Of a DNA stretch of 64,000 nt, positions 30,218 to 44,008 are shown in pieces. The notes beneath the pieces were generated by a model. That model did not search any database and was not told the origin of the DNA. It saw only the letters and a list, made by a program, of their open reading frames with translations. The translations under genes and the position numbers were made by a program. Origin of the DNA: Macrostomum lignano (taxonomy: Eukaryota). Location of the stretch: contig NIVC01001192.1 in NCBI GenBank assembly GCA_002269645.1, forward strand, positions 124,001 through 188,000, given 5' to 3'. The first letter of the stretch is position 1, and each line of letters starts with the position of its first letter.

Positions 30218-32753
30218 ATGCTCTTTCAATCCATCCGTTTCGCCGTTTCAATCTCCATTCTGATGACCGGTGAGTGCTGGCGCCAGTCGCTATACATGTC
30301 CTCAAATTCGAGAAATTTATCGGTACCAGTTTTAATATCGAGGTACCCATGGACGTGATTGCAAGAGACTAATGTTCAAAGGAATAAGTTTTGCGACTTT
30401 CATATTTTCGATTCTAAATCCAGAACCACATACTAGAAGGCTTAGAAATACAGTTTCGAGTATAAATTGAAACCGTCTTAAAAGTAGCTAAATTCTAAGG
30501 TAACATAAGAGTCACTTGTAGTAAAAATAAAATTGTAATGCAGAATTGCAAAACGGAAAATAATGGTCAATTATCAAAATTTCATGGTGTCTGTTTCGAT
30601 AGAAATGGTTACATGACAGTCTTTGTGCCAAGATCATGCTATAAAAGAATAGTACTAGCCTCTGTACTAAATTTTATACTATTGATAATTAGCGCTTAAA
30701 TCTAAAGAACTATGCCTAAATTTTTAGTAGCGACTGTTGGAGCTGAGGATCAGCACTGCATTGAGAAGCCCGTTAATAATATCAGCGTTGAAATCGGTGG
30801 CGACAACCCGCAGCGGGTAAATAAAATTCGTCGATTTTTAAGAAACGTTTCCCCGTCCTACTTAAGTGGTGCTTGCTCTGTACATGTACACCTAGTGTCA
30901 ATTGCGTGCATGTGTGCATATTCTTGTACATGTGTTGTTTCAGTGAAGATTGCTTTTACTACGGATGAAATATTGGCCAATGTTTAGGGTGAGTATTTTT
31001 TTTCACTTCAGGTGATGACTTATATTCGAGACGAGCCAGGCTACCAGGTGAACCTGCGGTGCAAGTAGACTCTGCAGCCTGCCAACTACGATAATCCGAG
31101 GCAGATGTACATTCGTGTGCTCGTTATCGACTTTGACACCAGCGATGTGTCTGGGGATCAGTGCAATATCTCCAATCCAGATATCGATATTCTCACATTT
31201 TCACTGAAGCAAAATTTGAGTACGTGGCTTTTAGTATCAATGATCTTTTTTGTGTTACCAATATAAACTCAAGCAGAACTCGGGTGTTTCAGGGGAAAGG
31301 GATATTCATCCCTGTAATGGAGGCCAGAGTACGTACATGTCGATGCAGACTTCAGGTGAGTAATTTATGTGATTCTTTGTTTAATTTTCATTTATTTGAA
31401 TTCAACTGCTTATTCTAAGCTGCAACATTGGCTCCTGTGTAATTTGCAGCCGAAGAGAAGCCACAATACATGTGCTCAAGCAAGTCATTCAAAATCAAGG
31501 AACAAATCGTGAACTTGTGGGACCCGTGAGTGTCTTGAAACATCTGTGCTTTTCGTGCATCATGTGGAAATGGATTTTGGTATTTGCTCTCTTACCTTTG
31601 CTCAGGTCGTACAAGCTGGCTTTGGAGTTCCGCTCTGACGATAAGCAAGTCCGGTCCAACGCCAAGGGAGTGCAGGTGGATGTGCAGGTGCTGGGCAGAG
31701 ACTATTGCCACAGGACCATGCTGTTCTTTGAGGGCTCCTGCTATCTGATAACACCTGAGATTACACCTGCTGAGGCGTTCAGCATCTCGAAGAATTACCT
31801 TGGCAACGTCTTTACGGTTTCTAAGAACAGAAACGACTCAGACTTTTTCCGTCCGTTCGTTCAGCGAAGTGAGCCTTTTAACATTGCTAAACATAGCTGT
31901 ATGTATCTGCTAGTCGATTTTATGCAAAGCGTACTGTTTCTGCATCGCGTATTGCACTAGCTGATGTAGTAGCTATTTACAGTTCTCTAACTGGAATGTT
32001 TTGCACTTCAGACAACGACAGAAACGGTGAGTTCCCATTTGAGTCTCCGCTGTCCCTGGTCGGCAGAAAGATGTGGACCGGCTACTTTGTGGATCGGCCA
32101 GCCCAGAGCCCCGTCAACGGAGCCCTGTTTATGAACCCGGCTAAGAAATGCTGTCAGGAGAGGCGAAATATGACTGTGTGAGTTACCTTATAAAATATTT
32201 CTCTCAGTTTTGATAGAGCCTTGCTTTGAATTTTGCTAAGGTCATCAGTTATTGTCCCATTTATACGTATTTTAGCTACATCAGTAGCACTGTCACCCTG
32301 GCTGTGGAGCCAGTTTGTGCCGTTGCCATGGTGATTACTAGTGGTTCCCGTGTGAATTTCACCTGCGAATCGTTGAGCTCAAAGCTACCAGCTCTGATCG
32401 AGTTCAAGCAGATTCCCGCCATCAAAGGCGACACGCATCCGCAACTGTTCACCACTTGCGACACGATGCCTGCGAAGCAGCTCGACACGAGTTCCGCACC
32501 GACAACAACTGTTACTGAAGCCGAGCCTCAGTCTACAAAGACTGTCATTGTTATCGCTTTAGTTGTCATAGTAGCTTTTATAATCGCCGTAATTGTAGTT
32601 GCCATTGTAATATTCTTTAAAAGAAGAGCCAGCCCGCAAAGCGGTGGCCAAACTGAAGCTGAGACTCCTGCTGGACCGGAGAAAGTGCCTCTGAATGCAC
32701 GCGGTGAGGATGGGGAGGCTTCTCAGCCGAGCAAGACCGACCCGACAGTCTGA
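30218..32753 (+). pseudogene. CUB-CTLD receptor A2 (A-type) with a nonsense codon
   Basis: Duplicate of A1 (offset 10375); same TAG at 31066. Confidence 0.88.
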
Positions 32754-32956
32754 GATTCATATTGACGAGAAAGAAGTTGAAAGCGAATTGTTTGAATTAG
32801 TTTGTTAATTTTAGCTTAACAGTTTATTGCTGTGTTGTATGCTTATACATAAAAATTAAGAAATTAAAACACAGTGGAATGTTGCTGATTTTTTTGATTA
32901 TTAAAAGTTAAAATCAACATAGATTGTAATAAATTCTTTCTTACATGGGATTTCAG

Positions 32957-33465
32957 TTCCTCTTGCTCTGGCGGCAGGTGTTGTGTATAAGTTCTCTTGT
33001 TCTGTTGACCAGAACATTACCTATATAGGTAAAACTAAAAGGCACCTGTACACCAGAGTCAGAGAGCATTGGTTAAAAAGGTCGGCTATCCAAGACCACC
33101 TGCTCTGTTGCAACAGTTGTTGCGAAATTGAGCAAACTCAGCAGTTTAAAATTATTGATCGGTGTAGAACTGATTTTAGGCTCAACATACTTGAATCCAT
33201 GTACATTAAAGACCAAAAACCTAATCTGAATATTCAGCTCTCCCATAGTGGTGCGGGCCATTTGCTCAAGGTATTCTAAGTAAAGGCACTAGTCTGAACA
33301 ATGTACTTGCAATCTATGCTTAACATTTTTTGGAAAATTCTGCCCATGACATGCCCTTTGGACTGTACAGTTAACATTTGTTCACTTATAAAGTTGTTGT
33401 GTGAGTTAAAAATACACCAGACCCTGAAGATGGTCATTGCTGGACCGAAACGCGTCGGAAGAAAG
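32957..33465 (+). mobile_element. Penelope-like fragment, copy 2
   Basis: Identical GIY-YIG ORF at 32983-33279. Confidence 0.85.
33422..33458 (+). ncRNA. Minimal hammerhead ribozyme, copy 2
   Basis: Same motif as 23047-23083. Confidence 0.75.
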
Positions 33466-33963
33466 AATTAATTATAATCTATGTTGATTTTAACTTTTGT
33501 ATTTCTCTGCCTGCTAAAGCGTGCTACCTTACCTCAATTTTCTGATTATTATATTTTACCGTTGTATTAGCATCATGACGCACCGGTTTTCAAGCTTAGA
33601 CCTTCGATTGTAATATTAACGTTGACTATATTTTATTCATATTAGTTTATTCTATTTACGTTTAGCGTTTTCTCTGGTCCTCGCGCAAAACAACTGAGAC
33701 CCTAAAACGCAAAAGCACGTAAAAAATTGATTCCTTGATTTCAACTTTTGTTGAACTACCTTCGTTTGGAAGTATTTTGATTAAAAGAAACGCTAGATTA
33801 CAAGCAAAGAATTATGAATCTGCCGGTTGCCCAATCTACAGTATTTTAGATAGGTAAACCTAAATCAGTAAAAAGTGCCCGGAAATTGTTTTTTAACAGA
33901 ATTTGTACGAATAAAACCTGGGCGTTGCACACGCATGGGACAAAAAAGTATATGGAAGGGTAG

Positions 33964-34433
33964 GCAGGCACGGGACAGAAAAGTGAAGGGGAGAGTGCAC
34001 AGGCACGGAGCAGAAAAGTAAAGGGGAGGGTGCACAGGCACGGTACAGAAAAGTAAAGGGGAGGGTGCACAGGCACGGTACAGAAAAGTAAAGGGGAGGG
34101 TGCACAGGCACGGAGCAGAAAAGTAAAGGGGAGGGTGCACAGGCACGGAGCAGAAAAGTAAAGGGGAGGGTGCACAGGCACGGGACAGAAAAGTAAAGGG
34201 GAGGGTGCACAGGCACGGGACAGAAAAGTAAAGGGGAGAGTGCACAGGCACGGAGCAGAAAAGTAAAGGGGAGGGTGCACAGGCACGGGACAGAAAAGTA
34301 AAGGGGAGAGTGCACAGGCACGGAGCAGAAAAGTAAAGGGGAGGGTGCACAGGCACGGGACAGAAAAGTAAAGGGGAGGCTGCACAGGCACGGGACAGAA
34401 AAGTAAAGGGGAGAGTGCACAGGCACGGAGCAG
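33964..34433. repeat. 35-bp minisatellite, copy 2
   Basis: Duplicate of 23589-24058. Confidence 0.95.
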
Positions 34434-36415
34434 AGGTATTTACCGAAGGGCAAGATGAGAGCCGCGTCACAGAGTGCACTAGTTGTGCAAAGGGTCAGGC
34501 AGAAGCAAAAACAGTTTATTATAAGCGGTCTACAATCTCTTTGTTCAGTCTTTGACAACTCAGCGAGGTTCTGCCGCAGAAAAGTTATTCCGTATGATTT
34601 TTCCCGCGATGTGCCATATCTCGACAGCAAAACCTCGGCCGGCCGTGAGTGGCAGGAAAAGATTGCACAGAATAACTTCGCTGTGGGAAAACCTCCTGCA
34701 AGAAAATTAGAAAATGTTTCTTCGGGAAACTCGACTACAAAAAAGTCTCACAGATCCGCATAATTCGAATGCTTTGCACTTGAATGACCGGCTAAAATTT
34801 TTTGAATAATGTCTCCAGTAGCAAAACATTCTGCTAAAGCCACTGTAACATGCGCCTAATTCATTACTGCGCCTGTAAATTTTGTAAACAATAAGCCATA
34901 TTACTCGTAGCAGTAGTTGTTACACTTTTTGTTTACTTTTCTTATTAAATGTTGTTTATTTCACTTTTAAATAAATTCAAACGCTTCAATGTTTTAGTAC
35001 TGCACCATGTAAACCAAGTTTTAGATTCACAAGCGCAGTCAAACTGCATAAATTTTATTGTGGTGTATTTTTTTCTAACCTGAGTAGCGTACTATTCCGC
35101 TTTTTTGTCTGCTCCATCCTGCTTCCGTGTCCTACGACTACCGGTTTTGTTAACTTGAAGTTTACTCAACTGTAATCTTTATCTGCCACTATGAAAGCGC
35201 CGTGTGTGTGCGCTACTTCTGCCGGTCCTTTGTGTGACTCATCGAAATTAATTTTAAAGTTTCTTTTTCTGCACTTTTAGAATCTTAATACTCGTAGATA
35301 ATTTTCTAAAATGCGATATTTATATATGCATTAATGCTGCATTAGCCAACAGCAGAAGCGACTCACGGTCATGAGACCAAACCTCCTTATTCAGCTTTAA
35401 CAGCGATAACTAACTGGAACAGTGGAACTGCGGATCAGTTTAAACTACCTAGAAGGCTATACTGATTGCACTGTCACTATACTTCGCTTGCGATTGCGAC
35501 ACTAAGCATAGCAGTCCGTTTTATTGGCTTTTTATTAAAATATATAACTTTGCCTGCAATTAGGTCTGCTTGTCCATAAAATGACAAGTGCTTTTGATTT
35601 TTACTCATTTTCTATCATCCTAATATTTAGTTTTAGAAATCAATCTTATATCTTTAGATGCTCAGCACATCTTTAGTATGTTAGAAGATTAGAGAATTAA
35701 AAACTAAATTGGCAGTTAGACGTATTGTCATGATATTACGGCACGATCGTTTTTTTACTTTCAGTTCAGTAGCAAGAAAGCATGTGTAAGCTATTTTATA
35801 AAAAGAAACGCTGTCAGAGTGACTTGCAGTCGTAAACAACTTGCTATTGGTGCAGCCGCAATGTACATTAGCCAGCGCCACTAAAAGTGTACATGGCAGA
35901 CAGCTTTAGGCTGGAACACCGAGGAAGCAAAAAATAGGGTGGGGCGGGCGAGGGTAGAGATTTTGTGCAGCAAGCCGCGGCCGGAGGATTAAACTGGAGA
36001 TTAAGAGGTCCAATAATAAACTAATCTATATAATTCACATAGCAGCTTTAGACGGAACAACAGACAAGGCTACAAAATTTGGCGTCGTTGGGGGGATTGA
36101 ATTTAGTGAATTAATTTTCATTTTTAGTATATAGGAAATTGATAGAATTTAATTTTCTACTGAGCTGGAAGTTGCTTAGATGCAAATGTACTCTGTTGAT
36201 ACAATAATAGACTATCACTATAGCTTAGGCAATTCTTTACTAAACCTTCCTATAGTAGTTATTTATTGATAGATAAGTGCAGAAGTCTTATCAGCTATCG
36301 AGTAGCATTGTATAGTAACCAGGCCTTACTTAGCTACCTATAAGCTACTTTTTGTCTGAATGAAAGTATCTGACATACAAAAATGGCGTCTGTTGTTTTT
36401 TCAGAGTTGAGTACA

Positions 36416-39010
36416 ATGAAGTGCAAGTGCGTAATAATATTGGTTTCGCTTTTGACATGTAAGTAAAAATTCCCATAAATAATAGCGCTGCAATAACATT
36501 GCCACTTGTAGTAACTTCAGTTGTATGGTCCAGGGTGCAGTAATTTGCACGCAGTTGCACGTTATTCTGTCTATTCATTTTTTCTATCCCTTGGTGTCGC
36601 AAACTCTATATTAATTACTGAGAATGTATTTCTCGTTCGCTAAGATTTTCACTCGTCATATTAGCTGAGGAATGTGTTTTACAGGTTCAGTAGGACTCTT
36701 CAATGATAGCACGGAGACCTGGCAGTAATGCCAGGGACACTTAAAGCTGTTCTTAATTGCAATTTGAATCAACCAACGACGAAGAGAAACGAGCTGTGCT
36801 GCTTTGTACGTGCAGCAGAGACACGCTGAGATCGACCTCTTCTGCTGACTGTTTAAACAAAGCATTGAAGGTCATAAATGTTGAAATCGGTGGGCGATAA
36901 TTCATAGAGGGTAAATTTTCACACCCTTTAAAATTCGCTAATTGGGAACCTGCAAAAAAGGGCATTAATGGTTTATAATTAAGTCAGTTCGATTGTTTGG
37001 CTCTTTCAAGTTGTTGAATAGTTGGCAGTCGCTAGTTGCTAATTGGTTGGCAGTTGCTAGTTGTTGATTGGTTGGCAGTCGCTAGTTGCTGATTGGTTGA
37101 CAGTTGCTAGTTGTTGATTGGTTGGCAGTCGCTAGTTGCTGATTGGTTGGCAGTTGTTAGTTGCTGATTGGTTGGCAGTTGCTAGTTGTTGATTGATTGA
37201 CAGTCGCTACTTGCTAATTGGTTGGCAGTCGCTAGTTGCTAATTGGTTGGCAGTCACTAGTTGCTAATTGGTTGGCAGTTGCTAGTTGTTGATTGATTGA
37301 CAGTCGCTAGTTGTTAATTGGTTGGCAGTCGCTAGTTGCTGATTGGTTGGCAGTTGCTAGTTGCTAATTGGTTGGCAGTCGCTAGTTGCTAATTGGTTGG
37401 CAGTCACTAGTTGCTAATTGGTTGGCAGTTTCTAGTTGTTGATTGATTGACGGTCGCTAGTTGTTAATTGGTTGGCAGTCGCTAGTTGTTAATTGGTTGG
37501 CAGTTGCTAGTTGTTAATTGGTTGGCAGTTGCTAGTTGTTAATTGGTTGGCAGTTGCTAGTTGCTAATTGGTTGGCAGTCGCTAGTTGCTAATTGGTTGG
37601 CAGTCACTAGTTGCTAATTGGTTGGCAGTTGCTAGTTGTTGATTGATTGACAGTCGCTAGTTGCTAATTGGTTGGCAGTTGCTAGTTGCTAATTGGTTGG
37701 CAGTCGCTAGTTGCTAATTGGTTGGCAGTTGCTAGTTGTTGATTGATTGACGGTCGCTAGTTGTTAATTGGTTGGCAGTCGCTAGTTGCTAATTGGTTGG
37801 CAGTTGCTAGTTGTTAATTGGTTGGCAGTTGCTAGTTGCTAATTGGTTGGCAGTCGCTAGTTGCTAATTGGTTGGCAGTCACTAGTTGCTAATTGGTTGG
37901 CAGTTGCTAGTTGTTGATTGATTGACAGTCGCTAGTTGTTAATTGGTTGGCAGTCGCTAGTTGCTAATTGGTTGGCAGTTGCTAGTTGCTAATTGGTTGA
38001 CAGTCACTAGTTGCTAATTGGTTGGCAGTTGCTAGTTGCTAATTGGTTGGCAGTTGCTAGTTGCTGATTGGTTGGCAGTCGCTAGTTGCTAATTGGTTGG
38101 CAGTTGCTAGTTGCTAATTGGTTGGCAGTTGCTAGTTGCTGATTGGTTGGCAGTCGCTAGTTGCTGATTTTTGTACAAGTAATCGCTACGAAAAATTGTA
38201 TAAAACTGCAAAGTTAATCAAATTCTACGCGCCAGGTGATGCCATTTGTTCGAGGTGAACTAGATGAGCCTGCAGTGCCAGTGGACTCTGCAGCCTGCCA
38301 ACTACGATAATCCGAGGCAGATGTACATTCGTGTGCCCGTTATCAACTTTGACACCCAACGATGTGTCTGAGGCTCAGAGCTGCATCTCTACAGCCAAAG
38401 TCGATGTGTTCAGCCTAAAGTTAAAACTGGACGATAGTGAGTTAGCCGTTTTAATTTAACTTGAATTATAATTTTACAATTTCGTTTTTAAAAACAAACT
38501 AATCGTATAATCTTGCATTTCAGCAACGTACCGAAATGAGTTCTGGTGCTCAAATAATTCAGTAAAAGTCAAGAGCCCAATTGGGAATTTATGGAACTCG
38601 TGAGTGTCTTGAAGCATCTGTGATTTTGGACTGGTTATTCCCTGAAGTATTAATTATCATATTTGCTCTCTTACCTTTGCTCAGGTCGTACAAGCTGGCT
38701 TTGGAGTTCCGCTCTGACGATAAGCAAGTCCGGTCCGGTCCGGTTCTTTGAGGGCTCCTGCTAACACCTGACACTTGATCTGATAACACCTGAGATTACA
38801 CCTGCTGCCTCAACATCTCGAAGAATTACCTTGGCAACGTCTTCACTGTTCCTAAAAACAGAAACGACTCAGACTTTTTCCGTCCCTTTATTCAGCGAAG
38901 TGAGCATTGCGTTTATTATATGGCATGCTTTATCGCCTGTTGATCGATTTGTTGGTATCCCAATCATTGCAGACTCGGACAGAGCTGGCGAGTTCCCATT
39001 CGAGTTTCTG
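36416..39010 (+). pseudogene. CUB-CTLD receptor pseudogene P3
   Basis: Same exon lesions as P1/P2, plus private substitutions. Confidence 0.85.
37021..38170. repeat. 25-bp minisatellite, copy 3
   Basis: Same unit but a different variant set (no 33-bp variants). Confidence 0.95.
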
Positions 39011-39036
39011 TGAATGACAAATAGAAGCATCTGACA

Positions 39037-39354
39037 AATAATAATAATTATTATTAATAATTGATAACGCCTGCCATAATGGACAGATGTGCAGCCGACA
39101 GCTCAGCCGCAGCTATTGCGCGGCACATCTGAAGGCTGCGTACGGCTGTTCAATCCAAGGACTGGGGGGTCACCACAGACATCCCTCTGTGGCTAATGGC
39201 TAATGCTGGCACCCCTTTTACAGCTGAGTTAACTGAAGCAATGCAGAGTTAAGCGTCTTGCTCAAGGACACAAATTCTTCCAGTGGGATCGGGAGTCGAA
39301 CCCCTGACCTTCAAGTCGTGAGTCCGACGCTCTGACCACGGCTACAATCCCTTC
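39037..39354 (-). mobile_element. CORE-type SINE, copy 3
   Basis: Same site as in P1/P2, with several substitutions. Confidence 0.8.
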
Positions 39355-39988
39355 GGTACCGAGCAAAGCAAACAAGGCAAAAGCAAAAGCTATAACAAAG
39401 CAATATTATGTACTGTTTTAAGTTTTTTTGTCTAGTGCTGTGTGCTAAACCATTCTAAACTGTGTTTGTATTTTAAATGTCATTACATGTAGCAAAAAAT
39501 CAATAAATTTTTCTACGCTTGTACCTTTAAAACTGCTAAAAGCCGACTACTCTTCTGTCGGGTCTGTATGCCGGTTTTATCTTTTGTTCAAATTCCCCTT
39601 TTACAGCCAACGTTAGCACCAATGCGAGTTCAAGTGTGAGAGAGAATGTGCCTTCGGTTCTTTTATATGCATGCGGATATCTTTGTGGCCTCTAAGCTCT
39701 TGAAAGAGTAAAAATTATATAATGCTTTTTTTCTCCTTTTTACTGTATTTATAAATTGCAATCTGGATGGCTTGCTCATTTTATGTTGTTCAGGCACTTA
39801 GAAAGATGCAAAAGTTTATTCCTCATTGGTAGTAGCAAGTGGGACATAGAATTGAAACAGACTTTTTTAATAGTTTTGGCCAGCTTCAAATAGTCGTCAG
39901 ACTACGTCGCGACTGACTCTCCTGATTAATATAAACGATTCGTTTTCAAGCACCCATATTGTACTTACTGATTTCAGCCAAGTTAACG

Positions 39989-42886
39989 ATGCTCTTTCAA
40001 TCCATCCGTTTCGCCGTTTCAATCTCCATTCTGATGACCGGTGAGTGCTGGCGCCAGTCGCTATACATGTCCTCAAATTCGAGAAATTTATCGGTACCAG
40101 TTTTAATATCGAGGTACTCATGGCCGTGATTGCAAGAGACTAATGTTCAAAGGAATAATTTTTGCGACTTTCATATTTTCGATTCTAAATCCAGAACCAC
40201 ATACTAGAAGGCTTAGAAATACAGTTTCGAGTATAAATTGAAACCGTCTTAAAAGTAGCTAAATTATAAGGTAACATAAGAGTCACTTGTAGTAAAAATA
40301 AAATTGTAATGCAGAATTGCAAAACGGAAAATAATGGTCAATTATCAAAATTTCATGGTGTCTGTTTCGATAGAAATGGTTACATGACAGTCTTTGTGCC
40401 AAGATCATGCTATAAAAGAATAGTACTAGCCTCTGTACTAAATTTTATACTATTGATAATTAGCGCTTAAATCTAAAGAACTAAGCCTAAATTTTTAGTA
40501 GCGACTGTTGGAGCTGAGGATCAGCACTGCATTGACAAGCCCGTTAGAAATATCAGCGTTGAAATCGGTGACGAGAACCCGCAGCGGGTAAATAAAATTT
40601 GTCGATTTTTATACGGACTTTATATTGACTGCGTTTCTTAAAAATTTAAGGAGGCGGGTTTTTCGAAAAAAAACATTTTTTCGTACAAACGAAATAGAAG
40701 CTTCTTTTTTCAGCACAGAAATTTATTGCTTTTGATCGCTGGCAGATCCCGTGTCCATATTTTTAGATTTTTTGCCTTTCTTATGGCTCTGTTCATAGAG
40801 CTTTTCGTCTAGAAAATCGGATTCTATTTTATTTTATATCCTACGTACAAGCATACATGTTTTGTGCCCTGAACATTTTTATTGTCTCTTATCAAAAGCA
40901 ATAACAATTGATAAAAAAACTCCTATCACCGTAATGTTTTTTCCTGTAAAACCTGCCGCCTAAAATTTTCAAAAAAAAACGTTTCCCGTCCTACTTAAGT
41001 GGTGCTTGCTCTGTACATGTACACCTAGTGTCAATTGCGTGCATGTGTGCATATTCTTGTACATGTGTTGTTTCAGTGAAGATGGCTTTTACTACGGATG
41101 AAATATTGGCCAATGTTTAAGGTGAGTATTTTTTCACTTCAGGTGATGACTTATATTCGAGACGAGCCGGGCTACCAGGTGAACCTGCAGTGCAAGTGGT
41201 ATCTGCAGCCTGCCAACTACGATAAACCGAGGCAGATGTACATTCGTGTGCCCGTTATCGACTTTGACACCAACGATGTGTCTGAGGCTCAGTGCAATAT
41301 CTCCAATCCAAAGGTCGATGTTTTCACATTTTCACTGAAGCAAAGTTTGAGTACGTGGCTTTTAGTATCAATGATCTTTTTTGTGTTACCAATATAAACT
41401 CAAGCAGAACTCGGGGTGTTTTCAGGGGAAAAGGAGATTAATCCCTGTAATGGAGGCCAGAGTACGTACATGTCGATGCAGACTTCAGGTGATTCTGTTT
41501 GATTCTTTGTTTAATTTTCATTTATTTGAATTCAACTGCTTATTCTAAGCTGCAACATTGGGTCCTGTGTAATTTGCAGCCGAAGAGAAGCCACAATACA
41601 TGTGCTCAAGCAAGTCATTCAAAATTAAGGAGCAAATCGTGAACTTGTGGGACCCGTGAGTATCTTGAAACATCTGTGCTTTTCGTGCATCATATGGAAA
41701 TGGATTTTGGCATTTGCTCTCTTACCTTTGCTCAGGTCGTACAAGCTGGCTTTGGAGTTCCGCTCTGACGATAAGCAAGTCCGGTCCAACGCCAAGGGAG
41801 TGCAGGTGGATGTGCAGGTGCTGGGCAGAGACTATTGCCACAGGACCATGCTGTTCTTTGAGGGCTCCTGCTATCTGATAACACCTGAGCGCCTGACACC
41901 TGCTGAGGCGCTCAACATCTCGAAGAATTACCTTGGCAACGTCTTCACGGTTCCTAAAAACAGAAACGACTCAGACTTTTTCCTTCCGTTCGTTCAGCGA
42001 AGTGAGCCTTTTAACATTGCTAAACATAGCTGTATGTATCTGCTAGTGGATTTTGGGCAGAGCATCCTGTGTCTGCATCGCGTATTGCACTAGCTGATGT
42101 AGTAGCTATTTACAGTTCTCTAACTGGAATGTTTTGCACTTCAGACAACGACAGAAGCGGTGAGTTCCCATTTGAGTCTCCGCTGTCCCTGGTCGGCAGA
42201 AAGATGTGGACCGGCTACTTTGTGGATCTGCCAGCCCAGAGCCCCGTCAATGGCGCCCTGTTTATGAACTCTGCTAAGAAATGCTGTCAGGAGAGGCGAA
42301 ATATGACTGTGTGAGTTACCTTATAAAATATTTATCTCAGTTTTGTTAGAGCCTTGTCTTGAATTTTGCTAAGGTCATCAGTTATTGTCCTATTTATACG
42401 TATTTTAGCTACATCAGTAGCACTATTAACCAGGCTGTGGAGTCAGTTTGTGCCGTTGCCATGGTGATTACTAGTGGTTCCCGTGTGAATTTCACCTGCG
42501 AATCGTTAAGCTCAAAGCTACCAGCTCTGATCGAGTTCAAGCAGATTCCCGCCACCAAAGGCGACACGCATCCGCAACTGTTCACCACTTGCGACACGAT
42601 GCCTGAGAAGCAGCTCGACACGAGTTCCGCACTGACAACAACTGTTACTACAGCCGAGCCTCAGTCTACAAAGACTGTCATTATTATCGCTTTAGTTGTC
42701 ATAGTAGCTTTTATAATCGCCGTAATTGTAGTTGCCATTGTAATATTCTTCAAAAGAAGAGCCAACCCGCAAAGCAGTGGCCAAACTGAAGCTGAGACTC
42801 CTGCTGGACCGGAGAAAGTGCCTCTGAATGCACGCGGAGAGGATGGGGAGGCTTCTCAGCCGAGCAAGACCGACCCGACAGTTTGA
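39989..42886 (+). CDS. CUB-CTLD type I membrane receptor A3, apparently intact (465 aa, 8 exons)
   Basis: Exons 39989-40040, 40499-40587, 41143-41350, 41426-41488, 41580-41655, 41736-42001, 42145-42310, 42409-42886 join in frame. Signal peptide MLFQSIRFAVSISILMTVATVGA; TM VIIIALVVIVAFIIAVIVVAIVIFF followed by KRR. Confidence 0.82.
40632..40981. mobile_element. MITE-like foldback element in intron 2 of A3
   Basis: Imperfect ~32-bp inverted ends (CGTTTCTTAAAAATTTAAGGAGGCGGGTTTT / AAAACCTGCCGCCTAAAATTTTCAAAAAAAAACG). Absent from A1/A2. Confidence 0.55.
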
Positions 42887-43368
42887 ACATATCTGTTGGT
42901 ATGAACGACGGCAAAACAAAAACTTCTAAACAATGAGTTTGGAAGAGTTTGTTCGTTTTTCTACTGCAAATCAAAATTGGTTGTGTCACGTTACCTGGTC
43001 AATAATTAGTACAATTATATTATAAATCTCGAGTAAAGGGTTGATATTGTGCAATTCAAACTTTAATGCTGTATCATCGAAGTATACATTGTTAACAAAT
43101 TAGTTTTTTTCTATTCTCAGACACAGACATTCAAGCTGCCCTTTTACTTGGTTGCTTTTGTACCGACAAGTTTCCAGTGTGGCCTATAGCTTTAGCATTA
43201 GGCACTCGACCCACGGGCCGCTTGCGAGGAGTCTAACAACTCTTGATTATTGCCTCTAACCCCTGAGCACTTGAGAGCCCTTACACTCTCGCGCAGGGTG
43301 TACAGCCGCCTTTAATTTCAAAAGATCATGAGTCATCTATACGCTGATTTTGAGCTGTTTATCCTTGT

Positions 43369-43391
43369 GTCTGTCTGACTGTCTGTCTGAC

Positions 43392-43447
<56 letters not shown>

Positions 43448-43451
43448 AGAG

Positions 43452-43530
<79 letters not shown>

Positions 43531-43533
43531 GAC

Positions 43534-43574
<41 letters not shown>

Positions 43575-43625
43575 GCCTGTCTGTCTGTCTTTTTGTCTGT
43601 CTGTCTTTTTGTCTGTCTGTCTTAG

Positions 43626-43662
<37 letters not shown>

Positions 43663-43695
43663 GCCTGTCTGTCTGTCTTTTTGTCTGTCTGTCTT

Positions 43696-43750
<55 letters not shown>

Positions 43751-43773
43751 GACTGTCTGTCTGTCTGTCAGAG

Positions 43774-43808
<35 letters not shown>

Positions 43809-43855
43809 GTCTGTCTATCTGTCTGACTGTCTGTCTGTCTGTCTGACTGTCTGAC

Positions 43856-43894
<39 letters not shown>

Positions 43895-43911
43895 ATGTCT
43901 GTCTGTCAGAG

Positions 43912-43942
<31 letters not shown>

Positions 43943-44008
43943 GTGTCTGTCTGTCTGTCAGAGTGTCTGTCTGTCTGTCTGGCTTTCTGTCTGTCTGTCC
44001 GTCTGTCT
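43369..44008. repeat. (TCTG)n microsatellite
   Basis: Long imperfect tetranucleotide run. Confidence 0.97.

Larger units (their letters stand above)
9117..36655 (+). repeat. Recent tandem segmental duplication (~10.37 kb unit; first copy also carries the 6.9 kb LTR insertion)
   Basis: Near-identical sequence at offset 17166-17257 before the LTR element and 10372-10375 after it (e.g. ORFs 21097/31472, 22608/32983, 26284/36656). Confidence 0.92.

Noticed and set aside
43350-43846. Ser/Val/Cys/Leu ORFs
   Set aside because: Translation of the (TCTG)n microsatellite.
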